A stretch of 52,415 nt of DNA, the filler included, from Dimargaris cristalligena (lineage: Eukaryota), in the NCBI GenBank assembly GCA_003614675.1. It is 2 parts of 2 records of this genome, joined end to end, with 100 filler letters (N's around TTAATTAATTAA, not from the genome) between each part and the next. Parts side by side here need not be neighbours in the genome. Positions count along the whole stretch, not along the records: positions 26,370 to 52,415 come from ML002547.1; 1 more part is not named here. One strand, written 5' to 3'. This document shows positions 47,476-52,415 of this stretch, piece by piece. The notes beneath the pieces were generated by a model. The model did no database searches. It was not told the origin of the DNA and was given only the letters and a program-made list of their open reading frames with translations. Every line of letters starts with the position of its first letter. The first letter of the stretch is position 1. The translations under genes were made by a program, and so were the position numbers.

Positions 47476-50469
47476 CTAATGCCGCGTCCGCTTGCGCTTC
47501 TTTTCCCGTTCGGCAATCCGATCCAATTTGGTGAGCTCCTTCTGCTGTTCCTGCAGCGACCCCACAATACCACCGATGCGGCGCTTGTAATCCGTATCGG
47601 CTTGTTTGGCTTCCTTGAGCCGTTCGGTTTGGATGAAATCCGTATCTTTGCGTAGTTCGCGGATGGCGCCCCGCATTTCCTTCTTATACACCCGTTGGAG
47701 CCGTTTGTGTTCGGCGCGGGCCCGGTCGGGGTCATAGCTACGGTCCAGGTTATAGTTCTCCTGGAATTTGGGTAGGTATGAGGGGATGGGAACGGCCTTG
47801 TGCTTTTGGAGTTGCAGGGGTTGGCGGCGGTCGAAGTGTTGCTGGAGGAAGTTTCCGAGGGTGGTCCGGGCGTTCTGAATGACCTTCATTACACTAGGGG
47901 AGAGGGAGGCCGCCGGTAAGAGACGGAGGTGATTCACAATGGGGCTAAAAAGTTCGATAAAGCTAGGGAAGGCCATGTAGGTCCGGGCGGATATCACCAG
48001 AAGCTGGACGGTGGTACCGAGTATACCGACCAGAGTCGCGGACCGTTCAGCGTCGGTGGTGGGGAGAGTAGACTCGTCAAAGAATTGCATCAGACGGGGT
48101 TTGGCGTATTGCACCTGGTTCAGCTTGGTGTTATTCGAAAGGATATTCAGGAACGAAAATTGCTCCAATCCACCGTTGGGCAGGGGGAACAAACCGCAGT
48201 CAGCCCAGGTACGAGTGATACTGGGTCTACCTTTAATTTTGGTTTCCGACATGACAGGGTCGTGGAGAGCGGCCAGAACCAATTGGAGATAGTTATGTAC
48301 CTCCGGGCAAAAGCGGCGGGACAGTCGCTGCATGTCCAGCATGAGGTGGCACACAAAAAGCCCGGCTACGATATCGGTAAAGCTACGGGGGGTGTACTGC
48401 TGCAAATACTGACTGAGGACCAGTTGGAGTGGGGTAATAATAGGGTGCTGGAAATCGGACACGGAGAGCAGCTGCGTCAGCAGCTTGAATTGAAGCAGGT
48501 CGGTGGCCTCGGGGAATACGTCGGCAAATTGACCGGCGGGGCTCTGGAGTCGGCTGGTGAGTTCACCGTGGAAGTTGCGGAGTTGCTCGGTAGCCAATTC
48601 ACCAAGTAATTCGGGGAACATAGGGGCTAGCTCGGTTAAGTGGCGCACAAACACATCAAGATGCTGTAGTGGGGCCTGGGAATCATCCGATACGCGAATG
48701 TGCACATGGACATAAAGGGCCCGGAAAAGGTTGCGTAGATGCTGCTTGTTCTCGGGGGCCAGCTGGACGTGATAGAGGACCCGCAGGCGCTCCAGGATAA
48801 TGGTCTGCTGATCGATGGTGCGACCTTCCAGCAGATCGGCGAACTGTTCGTAGGTCTCGGGGGCCGGGAACGTGTAGGGCATTTCTTCGACGGCGGGGCG
48901 GGGAATAGGTCCCTTGGGAGTGCCGGCGGCTGGGCCGGTGGCTTTGGAGGTACCGGCGTCATCGGCATCGGCATCGTCCTCATCAGAGTCGGAAAGACCC
49001 TCCTGGTCAAACACCGCTCGAGGTAAAGTGTCCATTTCCAAATCACTGGCGTTCATATCTTCGGAGTCAGAATCACCTTCATCCTCGTCACTCTGGTCGT
49101 CACCGCCGGACTCCTCCTCATCGTCGTCTTCGTCATCCTCGCTATCTGAAGCCGCGTCGTTAAGCTTTCCTTCCTTCCGTAGTTGGAGGCCCCGGCTGAG
49201 CATACCCTCCAGCGGATGACTGGCCCCCTCCGCGAAATCGCCATCCAAGTCATCCCCCTGGGGCAGTCGCTTAGGACCGGCACCCCGCTGATTGGACTTG
49301 GATCCACCAAAGGCATCATTATCGCCGCCGTCGTCGTCATCACTATCACTTCCCTCGGTGTCGGAGGCCTGGCCCGCCATACGCCGGACGCGATGACGTT
49401 CGGCCCGTTCGAGCTTTTCCTTGGCCTCCATCAGCAATTCCTCCTCGGTTTTCTGACGGTCGGTCGCCGGGGCACGGCGTTCTAGAGCCAACTGCTGGAG
49501 GTATTGGTTGTAATCGTCGTCTTGGTCGGGAAGGGTTTTGAGCATCCGGTCCTTGGCACTGGCACCGGTTAAGTCCAGGTCGGTGTCATCAGTCGGAGGA
49601 GCCACCACCCCTTCCCCGGAGAGCAGTAGGCTGCGGATATCCTTGAAATCATCGTCCAGTTCATGACGTAGATCATCGTCCTCTTCGCGGGCCTGTTGGC
49701 GCTCCATCTTGTGCATTTTACTCTTGGCGATCAGCTCCTTCATGACCTCGGCCTTGGTTTTGTTCTGCTGGTGGGCTTCCATGGGGCTCTGTTCGTCAGT
49801 GTGGAAGTTGCCGAAATGGGCGGATCGCACCGTGGTTTTGTCAATCCCCTTCCGGTCGGCGAGGGCGCCGACCCCCCCATCTTCGCCGTCATCGCCCTCC
49901 AGTTCGGGGCCGCGCAAATCAATTTCATCGAAGTCGTCGATTTCCGTGAGGGGGCGGCCTTTATGGGTAAGTACGTCATCCTGGTCGAGGTTAAATACGT
50001 CGCCACCCCGGAGGTGCTTGAGGCGTTCCTGGGTATACCGCTCGGCCATGCGTTCGTCGGCGGTCATATGGGGATTATGCTCACCCAACCGGTGGTCGAC
50101 GAGCCCACCCGCCTTGTTACGATTCTGCCACTCCACCAACAGGGTCTTTTTACGGTTATCCTGACCAATCTGTTTGGACATGGCCGGCCGACCCTTTTCC
50201 CCCTTGCGGTTCTGGCCGAGAACCTTGGCCTTGCTGGTTTTGTTGTGTTTGATTTCGAAGGGGTTGAACATGGCCCCGATGGCGTTGAGTTTGGCCGCCC
50301 GTTGTTTGGCGTTGGGAGTGTCGGCAGCGGCACCTGGACCACCCTTCTTTTTGTTACCCGGGCGCTTCTGGACGCGGGATTTGCCGCCCGTGATCCCGGA
50401 CTCGCGCAGACTCGCGCGCAGCCGCTTGAGGGCCGATTGGTTGCTCTTGGGTGCTTCCGGCTGGACCAT
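47476..50469 (-). CDS. NOP14: Nucleolar protein Nop14 (SSU processome)
   Basis: FNPFEIK, RKKTLL.E...NK.GG..D.R.GE, LTHKGRPL, KTKAEVMKELIAKSK, YTFPAP, LSRRFCPE, PKFQE, KKEMRGAIRELRKD; 997 aa. Confidence 0.96.
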   Translation of the reverse strand: MVQPEAPKSNQSALKRLRASLRESGITGGKSRVQKRPGNKKKGGPGAAADTPNAKQRAAKLNAIGAMFNPFEIKHNKTSKAKVLGQNRKGEKGRPAMSKQIGQDNRKKTLLVEWQNRNKAGGLVDHRLGEHNPHMTADERMAERYTQERLKHLRGGDVFNLDQDDVLTHKGRPLTEIDDFDEIDLRGPELEGDDGEDGGVGALADRKGIDKTTVRSAHFGNFHTDEQSPMEAHQQNKTKAEVMKELIAKSKMHKMERQQAREEDDDLRHELDDDFKDIRSLLLSGEGVVAPPTDDTDLDLTGASAKDRMLKTLPDQDDDYNQYLQQLALERRAPATDRQKTEEELLMEAKEKLERAERHRVRRMAGQASDTEGSDSDDDDGGDNDAFGGSKSNQRGAGPKRLPQGDDLDGDFAEGASHPLEGMLSRGLQLRKEGKLNDAASDSEDDEDDDEEESGGDDQSDEDEGDSDSEDMNASDLEMDTLPRAVFDQEGLSDSDEDDADADDAGTSKATGPAAGTPKGPIPRPAVEEMPYTFPAPETYEQFADLLEGRTIDQQTIILERLRVLYHVQLAPENKQHLRNLFRALYVHVHIRVSDDSQAPLQHLDVFVRHLTELAPMFPELLGELATEQLRNFHGELTSRLQSPAGQFADVFPEATDLLQFKLLTQLLSVSDFQHPIITPLQLVLSQYLQQYTPRSFTDIVAGLFVCHLMLDMQRLSRRFCPEVHNYLQLVLAALHDPVMSETKIKGRPSITRTWADCGLFPLPNGGLEQFSFLNILSNNTKLNQVQYAKPRLMQFFDESTLPTTDAERSATLVGILGTTVQLLVISARTYMAFPSFIELFSPIVNHLRLLPAASLSPSVMKVIQNARTTLGNFLQQHFDRRQPLQLQKHKAVPIPSYLPKFQENYNLDRSYDPDRARAEHKRLQRVYKKEMRGAIRELRKDTDFIQTERLKEAKQADTDYKRRIGGIVGSLQEQQKELTKLDRIAEREKKRKRTRH

Positions 50470-51960
50470 AGTGCTGGTTTATAATACGAAAATTTCACGG
50501 GTCTGGCCCAATGCAAGGGCAGGTGGCGATCAGGTTAAGCGGAATGCTATCGGGATGCTATGCGGGCAAGGCTCGGGTGAATTAAAAAGACAGTAGTGTT
50601 CAACCAAGAGCGGCAAGGTTAACCAGAGACGAAGTGAAGGCACAATGGCTAGGCGGCTGTTAATAGAATCGAGAAATGCACTAGAAAATAACCGAACTAC
50701 GATGCCGAGTAGCAGTGAAAATATATCGGAATCGAATAAAGGCTCAGTTTTACGCCCGTCCTTCTGTAAGAGTGGGTTTCTGCCCTCTGGTGACTCTTCG
50801 CAAAGTTACCCGCAGCTTGGCCTTGCGCTTCAAAGTCTAGTTAAATTTTCGACAATGCATACCAATAAAGGCCATAAGAAAAAAAAAAGAATTGGTTAAT
50901 TTGGGACTAACTATTGACTGGCAGTGGTGAAGTGAGTGCAAAAGAAATTGCGACTGCATGGTCACGTGATTTATAAGCACAGCTTATCATGTTGAGGAGA
51001 TTTCTTTCAGTATCGCCAACTATAATGGAAAGGTAAGTCTTGCCTATTAGTCGTAAACAATACCAATATAACATGAAGCATCATTTAGAACCTAACCCAA
51101 GTCATAATGTGGGATTGAATCTACTGAATTATTTAGCCAAAAAGCCATTAGCTAAGACGTTTGACACTAAAAAATATAAACCATTCGACTGCTCCCATCC
51201 ATGCTTTATCCAAAATACTATACCTTTGGGTTGGATTTCACCCATATGATGCTAATTAAGGGAGGTAATCGGAAAAATGATGTGGCTTATTCGTTTCCGC
51301 TCGGCCAATTATCAATTAAAAAATGCAAGGACTAAGCCATTCCTTCTGTAACTCTCCACAGTGGTATTATTCCCAGAAAAGATTTGTTCATGGCTTTTAT
51401 TCTATTTAGGATGGGTGGTCTATTTATAGCCAAGGCATCGAGAAATACCCGAATTAAGCTATTGACTTTGTTAACTAGGGAAACAGATGACCAAGCCAGG
51501 AATTTCCATATCTGCATATGTTACTCCGACAACACTGAGATGACCAACCAGCCATAAATGGAAAGAGGCCAGTCAGAACAAAGTTGGTGCAACCCGACTA
51601 TGAGTAGGGCCAAAATCCTGAAATATACGCCACTTGAATATAAAAACCTGGGTATGCCTTCAAAACCACCAACCGGGTGTTAAGCATAGCACCATTTATC
51701 TTTAAACAGTCAGGCTTATCTCATTTCTTTTTTGGGTTTATTTGAATCCCCTCCCCAATTGATGCCTAATAGCATATATGTCCTACTCTATCAATTCACT
51801 CCTCATTTCTCCCAGTACCTATTAGGCATCTACTTCATCGTATGTGTATCTCTCTTTTTAACCATCTCGATTTTCACACACAAGCCCTAACCTTTATAGG
51901 CATTTACACTTAAATTGGCCCAGTGCCCGGGTAAATTTAAAACAAGAATCCCCACAAAAC

Positions 51961-52185
51961 ATGAAGGTATCTTCTATTGGGTGTGTCCTTATATTCATTG
52001 CACTGGTACTTTTGGTGCCATCAACTAGCAATGACGCTAAAGTCAAAGACCTTGCCAACATGCCATATGAAATACAGGAACAGGTTCTGAAAGAAATTCC
52101 TATCAAAACACTGTATGCCAGTGCCACAGCTAACTCCAAATGATGGGATATGATACTGTTATATAGGCACACCACAGTGGACTCG
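51961..52185 (+). pseudogene. Decayed secreted F-box-like gene (exon 1 with an internal TGA), lying just upstream of an LTR-like insertion
   Basis: MKVSSIGCVLIFIALVLLVPSTS + LANMPYEIQEQVLKEIPIKTLYASATANSK*WDMILL...S|gtaagt; the region is CpG-depleted. Confidence 0.6.
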
Positions 52186-52361
52186 GTAAGTACCCCTGTC
52201 ATATATAAGTAGATTCCCCCATTCTGCATGCTATTGGGAAGCGAGTTGGGTAAGAGCAAAGACACGCATTAAAATGTGGGGTGATGGTTCTTACCTGGTT
52301 ATTCCAGTTTATTCTAGCTTACTGGGGAGTAGCATTGTTACTTTGGGAATAGTATAGCCAG

Positions 52362-52415
52362 TGTAAAGAACTGAAATCAAATCCTTGAAAACTGAACTTT
52401 ATTTGAAAAGATAGT
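52362..52415 (+). mobile_element. Start of an LTR-like element (TGTAAAGAAC...), same family as 1-70; the contig ends inside it
   Basis: 52/53 identity to the reverse complement of 18-70. Confidence 0.6.

Noticed and set aside
50962..50970. GTCACGTGA E-box upstream of NOP14 (also TCACGTGA at ~23654 and ~26535)
   Set aside because: A plausible bHLH site, but too short to support without conservation data.
1..52415. A 52-kb giant transposon bounded by terminal inverted repeats
   Set aside because: The halves are artificially joined, the repeats run outward from a TG start, the interior is housekeeping genes, and no transposase is present.

Overview
Eukaryotic, intron-containing fungal DNA. The gene set and the many lineage-specific secreted proteins suggest an early-diverging fungus, possibly a Zoopagomycota mycoparasite such as Dimargaris; this is inference only. 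The window is two contigs joined by an artificial 100-nt spacer (44 N + TTAATTAATTAA + 44 N, 26270-26369), so the halves need not be adjacent in the genome. Left contig: a CpG-depleted DIRS-type retrotransposon relic, NDUFB10-like, EAF7, HSBP1-like, tRNA-Gly(GCC), a secreted protein with PP1-docking-like motifs, CAC2, a ZNF830-like protein, an SSXT/SS18-domain protein, a secreted F-box-like protein, a KEX1-like carboxypeptidase, RBX1 and a truncated TAPT1/EMP65. Right contig: a tandem-duplicated secreted prepro-protein with a fast-diverging Cys-rich C-terminal peptide, TE relics, an S1 serine protease, REV1, a secreted Gly-Gly-X repeat precursor with RR sites, NOP14 and a decayed secreted F-box-like gene. 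Both window ends stop inside the same LTR-like sequence. The most interesting signal is a set of secreted proteins carrying motifs that normally act inside cells (F-box; SILK+RVxF PP1 docking), alongside Kex2-type peptide precursors, which together look like a candidate effector repertoire.
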